Shown here one piece after another: positions 1 to 8,719 of a DNA stretch of 64,000 nt (position 1 is the first letter of the stretch; each line of letters begins with the position of its first letter). The notes under the pieces were generated by a model. That model did not search any database. It saw nothing but the letters and a program-made list of their open reading frames with translations, and had not been told where the DNA came from. This DNA is from an uncultured Pelagibacteraceae bacterium (GTDB lineage Bacteria; Pseudomonadota; Alphaproteobacteria; Pelagibacterales; Pelagibacteraceae): assembly GCA_902622805.1 (NCBI GenBank), contig CACNRG010000001.1, positions 89,285-153,284 of the forward strand, in the 5' to 3' direction. A program made the translations under genes and the position numbers.

Positions 1-643
1 TGTGAGTAATTTTATTTTCTTTAATTTGATCAGTTATTTCTTTCATCATAACAGTGTAACCTGCCATTGTGTACTTAGGCACAGTTATATAATCTTTCCA
101 AGCAACATCCTGAACTATTTGCCAACTATTTTCAGTAGACTGCCTTATACATTCAATCAAGGATTTTTCATAATTGCCTTTTACTTTTATAACCTCTGCT
201 CCAAGGTTAGACATAGCTTTTTCTCTTGCATCGCTTACAAATTCACTAATAAATATTTTACAACTTAATCCCAATCTTTTAGCTCCCCAGGCAACAGATC
301 TTCCATGATTACCAGCAGTAGCTGTTGCAACTACAATATCTTTATTTCCTTTAGTGACCTGTTCTACTGCATAAGCTCCACCTAAAGCCTTAAACGATTT
401 CAAATCAAATCTTTTACTTTCATCTTTGTAAAAAATATTATTTAAATTTAATTCTTTAGATAGTTTATCTAATGAGAGAAGAGGAGTAGGCAAGTAACCT
501 TTCCATTTTGAAATACTACTATAAGCATTGTCAATTTCTTTTGATGACAAAGATTCTAGTATATGATTTTTATCAAAAGAATAATTTTTGTTATCAGTAA
601 ATTCAGAATATTTCCATTGGTGACCATTGGATAATATTGTCAT
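1..643 (-). CDS. Diaminopropionate ammonia-lyase family PLP enzyme (5' part; runs off the left edge)
   Basis: Not in the ORF track. Manual translation from ATG at 643 gives MTILSNGHQW...YLPTPLLSL...YKDESKRFDLKSFKALGGAYA...ATATAGNHGRSVAWGAK. The SFK-x-LGG PLP-lysine and AT-x-GNHG motifs are typical of DAPAL/fold-type II enzymes. Starts 3 nt after the gmaS stop. Confidence 0.85.
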   Translation of the reverse strand, partial: MTILSNGHQWKYSEFTDNKNYSFDKNHILESLSSKEIDNAYSSISKWKGYLPTPLLSLDKLSKELNLNNIFYKDESKRFDLKSFKALGGAYAVEQVTKGNKDIVVATATAGNHGRSVAWGAKRLGLSCKIFISEFVSDAREKAMSNLGAEVIKVKGNYEKSLIECIRQSTENSWQIVQDVAWKDYITVPKYTMAGYTVMMKEITDQIKENKITH

Positions 644-646
644 AGA

Positions 647-1972
647 TTAGCAATCTAAAGTATTATTTTTTTCCCATTGAGATACAGGTTTTCTTTTATT
701 AAATCTATTTTTAGCTTTAAAATTTTTAATTTCTGAATTTTTTAATTTAATATAGCTTTTAATAACATCTGAACCAAAAGCATTTGAAAGAGACTTACTA
801 TTGTTAAGCATATTTATAGCTTGATTAATGTCATTAGGTAGTTTTTTTAGTTTTGGATACTTTTTATAATCCTCATACATATTACAATGAAGGGGTTTAC
901 CTGGATTTAATTTTTTATTAATTCCTTCTAGACCTGCAGCTATTATACCTGCTTGCAGTAAATATGGATTTGCTGATCCATCCATTAACCTTAGCTCAAA
1001 CCTACCCTTATCAGGAATTCTGATCATGTGAGTTCTATTATTACCTGTGTAAGAAATACTGCTAGGAGACCAAGTTGCGCCAGATTTTGTGGGCGGGGCA
1101 TTAATTCTACGATAACTATTTATAGTTGGATTAAAAAAAGCTGACAGCGCTTGAGTATTACTCATAATTCCACCTAAGAAATTATAAGCCAACTTACTTA
1201 ATCCTAATTTGTCTTTGTTATCTAAAAATTTGTTTATCTTTCCACTCCATACTGATACGTGAGCATGACATCCATTACCAGTTAAATTACTAAATGGTTT
1301 TGGCATAAAAGTTGCTCTTAAACCATGCTTTTCAGCCAAGCTCTTAACCATAAATTTAAAAAATACATGTCTGTCTGCAGTGATAAGAGAGTCTGAGTAG
1401 TCCCAGTTCATTTCAAATTGACCATTAGCATCTTCATGATCATTTTGGTAGGGTTTCCATCCCATTTCTAACATACAGTCACAAATTTCTTTTATTAATT
1501 CATACCTTCTCATCAAAGCTGATTGGTCATAACAGGGTTTAGATTGAATATCTCTTTTGTCTGCTAAAGAATGTCCATCCTCAGAAATTAAAAAATATTC
1601 ACACTCAACACCTGATTTCATTTGTAGTTTTTTTTGTGATAATTTTTTAATTTGCTCTTTAAGCATAATTCTTGGAGAAGCTTTTACAGGTTTTCCATCC
1701 ATGTATAAGTCTGATGCTAACCAACCAATTTCTTTATTCCAAGGTAACTGAATTAAACTATCAGGATCCGGAACACCAAACATATCACTATCAGCTGGTG
1801 TCATATCTAACCATGTAGCAAATCCAGCAAAGCCAGCACCATCTTTTTGCATTTCCCCAATTGCTTGAGCTGGAACTAATTTAGATCTTAGTACCCCAAA
1901 TAGATCAACAAAACTTATTAAGAAATATTTTATTTTTTTTCTTTTTGCTATTTGAGATAAATTTTTTGGCAT
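647..1972 (-). CDS. gmaS: Gamma-glutamylmethylamide synthetase (GlnT-type glutamine synthetase family)
   Basis: GS motifs GVECEY, DHEDANGQFE, GNGCHAH, NRTHMIRIP, RFELR. Lies directly downstream of mgsABC-like genes, the usual N-methylglutamate pathway arrangement. Confidence 0.85.
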   Translation of the reverse strand: MPKNLSQIAKRKKIKYFLISFVDLFGVLRSKLVPAQAIGEMQKDGAGFAGFATWLDMTPADSDMFGVPDPDSLIQLPWNKEIGWLASDLYMDGKPVKASPRIMLKEQIKKLSQKKLQMKSGVECEYFLISEDGHSLADKRDIQSKPCYDQSALMRRYELIKEICDCMLEMGWKPYQNDHEDANGQFEMNWDYSDSLITADRHVFFKFMVKSLAEKHGLRATFMPKPFSNLTGNGCHAHVSVWSGKINKFLDNKDKLGLSKLAYNFLGGIMSNTQALSAFFNPTINSYRRINAPPTKSGATWSPSSISYTGNNRTHMIRIPDKGRFELRLMDGSANPYLLQAGIIAAGLEGINKKLNPGKPLHCNMYEDYKKYPKLKKLPNDINQAINMLNNSKSLSNAFGSDVIKSYIKLKNSEIKNFKAKNRFNKRKPVSQWEKNNTLDC

Positions 1973-2006
1973 ATTTAATCTTAATTATTAAAAAGATGCC
2001 TAGCAA

Positions 2007-3335
2007 TCATTTTTTTTCTTTTATCCCTGGTATCCAATTGCTTCCAGCAAGCGGAACTCTAGCCATAGCTGCAGCCTCTACAGTCAAAGCACATAAATCT
2101 TCAGGCTCTAAGTTATGTAAACTATTTTTACCACATGCTCTAGCGAGCGTTTGAGCTTCTAAAGTCATAACTTTTAAATAATTAGTGAGTTTTTTTCCTG
2201 CCTTTTTAGGGTCTAATCTTTTCATCAATTTTTGATTTTGCGTAGAAATTCCCGCAGGATCATTACCTTCATGCCAATCATCGTATGCTCCAGCAGTAGT
2301 ACCAAGTTTTTTATAATCATTTTCCCATTTAGGATCATTATCTCCTATAGCTATCATAGCAGCGCTACCAATTGAAACTGCATCTGCTCCTAATGCAAGG
2401 GCTTTTGCAACATCGGCCCCATTTCTTATTCCACCCGAAATTACTAATTGTACTTTTCTATGAACATCTAGCTCTTGAAGAGCGTCAACTGCTGGTCTTA
2501 TACATGCCAAGGTAGGCTGTCCCACATTCTCGATAAATACTTCTTGAGTAGCTGCAGTTCCACCTTGCATTCCGTCAAGAACAACTACATCAGCACCAGC
2601 TTTAACAGCCAAAGCTGTATCATAATATGGTCTCGCACCTGCAATTTTAATAAAGATAGGAACTTGCCATTTAGTTATCTCTCTTAATTCTAAAATTTTT
2701 ATTTTAAGATCGTCTGGACCAGTCCAGTCAGGATGTCTACACGCTGATCTTTGATCAACTCCTTTCGGTAGAGTTCTCATTTTTGCAACACGGTCATTAA
2801 TTTTTTGACCTAATAACATTCCTCCACCTCCAGGTTTTGCGCCTTGTCCTATTACTACTTCTATTGCATCTGCTTTTCTTAAATCATCAGGATTCATTCC
2901 ATATCTTGATGGAAGTAACTGATAAACTAAATATTTCGATTGTCCTCTCTCTTCTGGTGTCATACCACCATCGCCAGTGGTTGTTGATGTACCAGCTGCA
3001 CTTGCTCCTCTTCCTAAGGCTTCCTTAGCTGCACCAGATAAAGCTCCAAAACTCATGCCAGCAATAGTAATTGGTATATCAAGTTCCAAAGGTTTTTTTG
3101 CATACCTAGTTCCCAATGTAATATTTGTAGTACACTTCTCTCTATAACCCTCTAGAGGATATCTTGACATTGAGGCACCAAGGAATAATAAATCATCAAA
3201 ATGAGGCAGTTTTCTTTTTGATCCTCCACCCCTAATATCGTATATACCCGTGGCCGCTGCTCTTCTAATTTCAGAATTTGTATATTCATCGAAAGTCCAA
3301 GATTGTCTTGGGTGAGTTTTATTATTCTTTTTCAT
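2007..3335 (-). CDS. mgsC: N-methylglutamate synthase FMN-binding subunit (GlxD/MgsC)
   Basis: Stand-alone glutamate synthase FMN domain: GMSFGALS, TGDGG, GQGAKPGGGGML, SGGIRNGADVAKALALGA. Confidence 0.85.
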   Translation of the reverse strand: MKKNNKTHPRQSWTFDEYTNSEIRRAAATGIYDIRGGGSKRKLPHFDDLLFLGASMSRYPLEGYREKCTTNITLGTRYAKKPLELDIPITIAGMSFGALSGAAKEALGRGASAAGTSTTTGDGGMTPEERGQSKYLVYQLLPSRYGMNPDDLRKADAIEVVIGQGAKPGGGGMLLGQKINDRVAKMRTLPKGVDQRSACRHPDWTGPDDLKIKILELREITKWQVPIFIKIAGARPYYDTALAVKAGADVVVLDGMQGGTAATQEVFIENVGQPTLACIRPAVDALQELDVHRKVQLVISGGIRNGADVAKALALGADAVSIGSAAMIAIGDNDPKWENDYKKLGTTAGAYDDWHEGNDPAGISTQNQKLMKRLDPKKAGKKLTNYLKVMTLEAQTLARACGKNSLHNLEPEDLCALTVEAAAMARVPLAGSNWIPGIKEKK

Positions 3336-3337
3336 AA

Positions 3338-4015
3338 TTAATAATTATTATCGATTTTAAAATTATACAATTGTCTTGCTGATCCATACCTTTTGAAGTC
3401 TTCTGCTTTATGGTTTTTTATTTCAGCATTTTTTAAAAATTTTTTTAACTTATTGATATGTTTTTTATCCATTTTTTTTTCAACACAATCTGCACCTAAG
3501 GATTTAACATTTCCTTTAATATAGATATTTGTTTCATATAAACTGTCTCCTAATGCCTCACCAGCATCTCCACAAACTATTAGATTCCCAGATTGAGACA
3601 TGAATCCTGACATATGTCCAACAGAGCCTTTTACAATAATATCTACACCCTTCATTGATATTCCACATCTTGAACTAGCATCTCCATCAATTATTAAAAG
3701 ACCTCCATGTGCTGTTGCCCCAGCAGATTGAGAAGCATTTCCTTTAACATGAACTTTTCCAGACATCATATTTTCAGCCACACCTGTTCCAACGTTTCCC
3801 TCAATTGTAATATTTGCTTTCTTGTTCATACCCGCACAATAATAACCAACATGACCTTTAATTGTAATATTCATTTCTTTATCTAACCCTGCACAAATTG
3901 CATGATTTCCCTCAGGATTAGTAATCGTGAAATCTCTTTCATTAGTTTTTCTATCAAGATTTTGTAATTTTTCGTTAACATTTCTCAATTCTAATTTTTT
4001 TAAGTCTAGTTCCAT
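3338..4015 (-). CDS. mgsB: N-methylglutamate synthase GXGXG beta-helix subunit (GlxC/MgsB)
   Basis: Gly-rich GltB_C/FwdC-type repeats (GHVGYYCAGMN, GNVGTGVAENMMSG). Start placed at 4015 because it overlaps the upstream stop (TAATG); the track gives 4027. Confidence 0.85.
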   Translation of the reverse strand: MELDLKKLELRNVNEKLQNLDRKTNERDFTITNPEGNHAICAGLDKEMNITIKGHVGYYCAGMNKKANITIEGNVGTGVAENMMSGKVHVKGNASQSAGATAHGGLLIIDGDASSRCGISMKGVDIIVKGSVGHMSGFMSQSGNLIVCGDAGEALGDSLYETNIYIKGNVKSLGADCVEKKMDKKHINKLKKFLKNAEIKNHKAEDFKRYGSARQLYNFKIDNNY

Positions 4016-4896
4016 TAATTTCCCCAAGAATAAACCACACCAGGCTCTGGTTCAAAAATTTTGGCATTATTTACTTTAGGAAGATGTGCCATGGCTTGAA
4101 ATTCAGATGCTATAGCCACATAATCATCTGTTTCAGCAATCACTGCTGGTTTACATGCTATTTCATCCCGTAAAACTGCAAAACCGTCTTTTGTACCGGT
4201 GATAAAAGTATAAAAACCGTCTAAGTCTTTCAGACTATCTTTAAGAGTTTCCTTTAAATTTTTTTTATTTGAAAGATTATTTGAAATATATCCAGCCGCT
4301 ACTTCAGTATCATTTTCTGAGTCAAAATTTACTCCATCTTTTTTTAACTTTCTTCTTAGATTATTATGATTTGACAAAGAACCATTATGAACTAAGCATT
4401 CGTCTTCTCCAGTAGAATAGGGGTGCGAACCATCAGTTGTAATTGCACTTTCAGTCGCCATTCTTGTATGTCCAATGGCATGAGAACCAGAGTAGTCATC
4501 AAGTTTAAATTTCTTGACAACTTCACTAGGATCTCCAACTTGTTTAAATATCTCAATTGATTTACCATATCCCACCAAAGCAACATCTTGAAAATGATTT
4601 TTAAGGATAGTTAACATAGGTTCAGGCTTAACAGATGTTTTTAAAATGACATGATCAGAATTTTTTATTAATTCAGCGTCTAAATGTTTATTGATCCTTT
4701 CTTCGAAATCTTTAAAGCTCAATTTATTAATACATATTGAATATTTAAATTTTTCTTTTTCTTCTTTTTTATATATCGCAAAACCCGCACTATCTGGTCC
4801 GCGTGACCCCATATTAATTAACATTTTTGACAAAAGGGAACCAAGCGAGTCTTTTAATTTCTCATTTTTTAGATAAATTCCAACTATTCCACACAT
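4015..4896 (-). CDS. mgsA: N-methylglutamate synthase class II glutamine amidotransferase subunit (GlxB/MgsA)
   Basis: N-terminal MCGIVG (Ntn Cys), RGPDSAG, GHTRMATES, HNG, DTE motifs. Confidence 0.85.
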   Translation of the reverse strand: MCGIVGIYLKNEKLKDSLGSLLSKMLINMGSRGPDSAGFAIYKKEEKEKFKYSICINKLSFKDFEERINKHLDAELIKNSDHVILKTSVKPEPMLTILKNHFQDVALVGYGKSIEIFKQVGDPSEVVKKFKLDDYSGSHAIGHTRMATESAITTDGSHPYSTGEDECLVHNGSLSNHNNLRRKLKKDGVNFDSENDTEVAAGYISNNLSNKKNLKETLKDSLKDLDGFYTFITGTKDGFAVLRDEIACKPAVIAETDDYVAIASEFQAMAHLPKVNNAKIFEPEPGVVYSWGN

Positions 4897-4903
4897 GATT
4901 TTT

Positions 4904-5062
4904 TTATTTAATTAAAGATAATAAGAAGTCTTTATAGTAAATAGCATTAACCAAAACAATAATGATAATTGCGGCAAAGACACCGTACTTTGCTTTTGGA
5001 AATGCCACACCTCTCATTTTACTTGGTCTTAATTCCTCGTTGTTTTTCTTTTCTTCTGACAT
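4904..5062 (-). CDS. Small single-TM membrane protein (52 aa)
   Basis: Manual translation MSEEKKNNEELRPSKMRGVAFPKAKYGVFAAIIIIVLVNAIYYKDFLLSLIK*. Fills the gap between the terminator and mgsA (7 nt upstream of mgsA). Confidence 0.6.
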   Translation of the reverse strand: MSEEKKNNEELRPSKMRGVAFPKAKYGVFAAIIIIVLVNAIYYKDFLLSLIK

Positions 5063-5067
5063 AGAAT

Positions 5068-5100
5068 AAAAAAAAAGGGCGCCACATTTCTGCAGCGCCC
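5068..5100 (-). terminator. Rho-independent terminator after amt and the small ORF
   Basis: Minus strand GGGCGCTGCA-GAAA-TGTGGCGCCC followed by a 9-U tract. Confidence 0.85.
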
Positions 5101-5114
5101 AAATTTGATTTTAA

Positions 5115-5345
5115 TTACCAGTCGGTAATATTACTTTTATAGTCGTTAGCACTATGTCTTTTTCTAGATAGTCTCTCAAGCTCTTGGCTCTCAGATCTTC
5201 CAGTTAAAACATGCCAACCAACCCATAAGATAATTGCTAAGATTACAAGCAATCCTTCTGTGGATCCAGCACCAGGATAAACTGCACCAGCAACTTCTTC
5301 AGCTGGTTTGTTTAGGTGATCAATCCAATTTGTAACTGTCGCCAT
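5115..5345 (-). CDS. Small membrane protein associated with amt (76 aa)
   Basis: One hydrophobic segment (LLVILAIILWVGWHVL), AAGGAG RBS, 13 nt downstream of amt. Confidence 0.75.
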   Translation of the reverse strand: MATVTNWIDHLNKPAEEVAGAVYPGAGSTEGLLVILAIILWVGWHVLTGRSESQELERLSRKRHSANDYKSNITDW

Positions 5346-5358
5346 ATATTATTCTCCT

Positions 5359-6759
5359 TTACCTGGTTGCGGATGCCACTGCTTTTTCATCATCTTTAGC
5401 AGCTTCCATTATTTCATAGTCAAGTCCAGCTATCTCTGCTTCACGAGGTATTCTTAATTTACCCATTCCATGAAGAACTTTAGCTATAACATAACCTGGT
5501 ATTAGTCCAAGAACTACGAACATTATTAATGCTCCTAAGAACTGTCCTAACGGATTAATTGATGCATATGTTGTTCCATCCCACATAGCACCAACACTGT
5601 AACCAGATGCAGGATAACCATTTAAGACAAAACCACAAATTACTAGACCAATAAATCCAGCATATCCATGTACTGCTACTGCACCAACTGCATCATCAAT
5701 TTTGAACTTACGTTCAACCCAGTAATGTAGTTTGTATGAAATAACAACACCGATCATACCGATGATCATTGCTTGAATTGGATGATATAAATCATTTCCA
5801 GCTGAAGCACATATGATACCTGCTAGTCCACTTGAGTATGTCCAGAAAGGATCACCTTTAGCAATCCAATAACCAGCCAATAATCCTCCTGACAATGACA
5901 TCAAGAAGTTAAAGGTAATACCACTAAGTGTAGTAGGGGTTACATATATGTTTGTTGCTGTCCAATAACTTATGCCCTCCATACCGTACTCAGGCCCAAG
6001 ATCAAAGATTGGTATATTACAAGCTGCGTAAAAACCCCAGAAACCAGTATAGATTAAAAATAATCCAATTGTGACTAACCAAGGATTTCTTGGTCCAATG
6101 TTTCTTGGTTCACCGCTAGATGAAAACTTACCAATTCTTGGTCCTAAAACAAATAAAACACCTAAAGCAAATCCACCAGCTATTGCGTGAATTACTCCTG
6201 ATGCATAAGCATCATGGTATCCTAAAATTTTAAGCATCCATCCATCAAAGTGCCATCCCCATGCAGCATCAATTACCCAAAAAACAGATCCAATTGCAAT
6301 TGCTAAAATACCAAATGCAAAAGTAGTTATTCTTTCGATGATTGCCCCAGAGACAATGGAAGCAGCAGTCCATGAGAATAATAAGAATGCCGCCCAGAAT
6401 ACACCAGATATATGGTCTCCTAGGTTGACAGCCATTAAATCACTTGTTGCTGTATACCACGTTGCACTAAAAGCAGAATCATCTGTAATTAATGCAGAAC
6501 TTTCATTCATTATTGAAGGTGCAATTCCCGGTCCTGTTGGGAAAGCCCAATAAATCCACCAACCAAACAAAAACCAGGTTACTGTTACTAAAGGTATCAG
6601 CATCGTGTTTTTCATAAGAGTATGTTGGTGATGTTTGTATCGAGAAGCTCCGACTTCATACATACAGAAACCAACGTGAATTAAAAACATTAGTACTACC
6701 GTTACCCAGTAGTAAAATTCTGTAAATATGGTTGTAAGAGCAGCTAACTGATCAGTCAT
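5359..6759 (-). CDS. amt: Amt/Mep/Rh family ammonium (possibly methylammonium) transporter
   Basis: Multi-TM protein with SGAIIER, twin His (GVIHAI; DDAVGAVAVHG), LGPR and C-terminal E-x-x-GLD motifs. Confidence 0.9.
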   Translation of the reverse strand: MTDQLAALTTIFTEFYYWVTVVLMFLIHVGFCMYEVGASRYKHHQHTLMKNTMLIPLVTVTWFLFGWWIYWAFPTGPGIAPSIMNESSALITDDSAFSATWYTATSDLMAVNLGDHISGVFWAAFLLFSWTAASIVSGAIIERITTFAFGILAIAIGSVFWVIDAAWGWHFDGWMLKILGYHDAYASGVIHAIAGGFALGVLFVLGPRIGKFSSSGEPRNIGPRNPWLVTIGLFLIYTGFWGFYAACNIPIFDLGPEYGMEGISYWTATNIYVTPTTLSGITFNFLMSLSGGLLAGYWIAKGDPFWTYSSGLAGIICASAGNDLYHPIQAMIIGMIGVVISYKLHYWVERKFKIDDAVGAVAVHGYAGFIGLVICGFVLNGYPASGYSVGAMWDGTTYASINPLGQFLGALIMFVVLGLIPGYVIAKVLHGMGKLRIPREAEIAGLDYEIMEAAKDDEKAVASATR

Positions 6760-6789
6760 ATTCTCTCTCTCCTTATTTAGTTTTTAAAA

Positions 6790-6818
6790 ACCCTATAAAA
6801 TTTATTGAGAGGTGACAA
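6790..6818 (-). promoter_or_regulatory. Putative sigma70 promoter of amt
   Basis: Minus strand TTGTCA-N17-TAGGGT, about 30 nt upstream of the start, with an AAGGAGAG RBS in between. Confidence 0.35.
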
Positions 6819-6887
6819 ATAAAACAAACGCTCAAAACCCACAATTGACAACAATTTCTAAAATAAAATCAACTTTTGATTGTGCAA

Positions 6888-7298
6888 TTAGAATTTTAAA
6901 TAAGCTTTTTTCAAATCAACAAGAGGGTGTTTTGGAGACATTTGAAATTTTACAAGAAGTTCTCTTGCTATCATATCTCTATCTTGCTGATTGTTAGGTA
7001 ATTTTATTGAACTAGGTATCGTCACCCAACCATTCGCATTTCTGCAAAAAACTGCAGGTCTATCTTCTTCATATCCCATATGAACATCCTCAAGCCAATT
7101 TAAATCATCCCACCCCATTGCTTCAATATATTTTTTTAAGAATGGAGTGATTTTAGAATAATCTGGCAAAAGGTTTACATCATATCGGTATCCTATTGAT
7201 TGACCGATCATTTTTTCTCTAGCTGTTTCTTTTTTTTTTCCTAATTGACCTTTAATTTCTTTTACTTTAGCTAATTTTTTCACTTTTTTTTTTGCCAT
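6888..7298 (-). CDS. Hypothetical protein (136 aa, Lys-rich N-terminus)
   Basis: Co-oriented ORF 8 nt downstream of the second FMN glutamate-synthase-like gene. No recognisable motif. Confidence 0.75.
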   Translation of the reverse strand: MAKKKVKKLAKVKEIKGQLGKKKETAREKMIGQSIGYRYDVNLLPDYSKITPFLKKYIEAMGWDDLNWLEDVHMGYEEDRPAVFCRNANGWVTIPSSIKLPNNQQDRDMIARELLVKFQMSPKHPLVDLKKAYLKF

Positions 7299-7306
7299 AA
7301 ATACTC

Positions 7307-8719
7307 TTAAATTTTGTGATAGTTATCAACTCCAACTGTGTAATTAGTTCCCGCTAAAGGAACCTTAGCTAGTGCAGATGCCTCTGAAGTTAGAGCAGCT
7401 AAATCTTCAGGCTCAAGTGAATGAATATTTGTTTTTCCACATGCTCTTGCTAAAAGTTGTGCCTCAAGTGTCATTGAGTGTAAGTAATTATAAACTCTTA
7501 CAGCAGCATCGTCAGGATTTAATCTAGCTCTTAGTTTAGGATCTTGAGTTGCAACACCTACTGGACATCTTCCAGTATGACAATGATAACATTCTCCTGC
7601 TTTTACACCCATCTCTTTTTCAAAATTTGCTTCAGGAATATCCTTGTTACAATTTAAAGCTATCATTGAGCCAGTACCAATTGCTATAGCATCAGCACCC
7701 AATGCTAGAGCTTTTGCCATATCAGCACCATCTCTAACACCTCCAGCATAGATTAAAGTAACTTTTCCAGTTTTGCCAACATCATCAATTGCTCTTCTAG
7801 CTTCTCTAATAGCAGCAATACCTGGAATTCCAGTATTTGCAGCTGCTATGTGTGGACCTGCACCGGTGGATCCTTCCATACCATCAAGATAAATAGAGTC
7901 AGGATCACACTTAGCGGCCATTCGAACATCATCATAAACTTTTGAAGCTCCAAGTTTTAATTGAATTGGTACTTTGTTTTTAGTCAATTGTCTTAACTCC
8001 TCAACTTTTAAAGCTAAGTCATCTGGTCCTAACCAGTCAGGATGTCTTGCTGGTGATCTTTGGTCAATACCTGATGGTAATGATCTCATTTCAGCAACTT
8101 GATCAGTTACTTTTTGACCCATTAAGTGTCCACCCATTCCAACTTTTTGGCCTTGACCAATAAAAACTTCAATTCCATCAGCTAGTTGCGCATGATGTGG
8201 ATTAAAACCATATCTGGATTGAATACATTGATAATACCATTTTTCAGAATATCTTCTTTCATCAGGTATCATTCCTCCTTCGCCTGAACATGTTGCACTA
8301 CCAGCCATCGTAGCACCTCTTGCTAAAGCTGTTTTAGCTTCATATGAAAGCGCACCAAAGCTCATCCCAGTAATATAAACAGGAATATCTAACTCAATAG
8401 GGTTTTCACATCTCGGACCAATTACTGTCTTTGTCTCACATTTTTCTCTATAGCCCTCAATAACGAATCTTGTAAGAGTACCTGGTAAAAAAACTAGATC
8501 ATCAAAAGTAGGAATCTTTTTCATTAATGCCATTCCACGCATTCTGTATCTACCTAATTGAGATTTAATATGAATATCATCTATAACTTCTGGTGTGAAA
8601 ATTGCGTTATGTCCGAGTAAACTTTTATTTCTTTTACCCTCTTCGTGAGAGTGAACATCCGCTTTCCCACCAACACCTTTTATTTTTTTTTTCACTTTTT
8701 TTAATTTTTTTTTAGGCAT
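7307..8719 (-). CDS. FMN-binding glutamate synthase family protein (second MgsC-like paralog, Fe-S motif retained)
   Basis: GMSFGALS, SGEGG, GQGQKVGMGGHL, GGVRDGADMAKALALGA, and C-terminal NCN...CYHCHTGRCPVG. Confidence 0.85.
   Translation of the reverse strand: MPKKKLKKVKKKIKGVGGKADVHSHEEGKRNKSLLGHNAIFTPEVIDDIHIKSQLGRYRMRGMALMKKIPTFDDLVFLPGTLTRFVIEGYREKCETKTVIGPRCENPIELDIPVYITGMSFGALSYEAKTALARGATMAGSATCSGEGGMIPDERRYSEKWYYQCIQSRYGFNPHHAQLADGIEVFIGQGQKVGMGGHLMGQKVTDQVAEMRSLPSGIDQRSPARHPDWLGPDDLALKVEELRQLTKNKVPIQLKLGASKVYDDVRMAAKCDPDSIYLDGMEGSTGAGPHIAAANTGIPGIAAIREARRAIDDVGKTGKVTLIYAGGVRDGADMAKALALGADAIAIGTGSMIALNCNKDIPEANFEKEMGVKAGECYHCHTGRCPVGVATQDPKLRARLNPDDAAVRVYNYLHSMTLEAQLLARACGKTNIHSLEPEDLAALTSEASALAKVPLAGTNYTVGVDNYHKI

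Noticed and set aside
2-268. 88-aa plus-strand ORF
   Set aside because: It is an antisense shadow of the diaminopropionate ammonia-lyase gene on the minus strand.
6812-6997. 61-aa plus-strand ORF upstream of amt
   Set aside because: It overlaps the 136-aa minus-strand gene and the putative amt promoter, and has no motif support.
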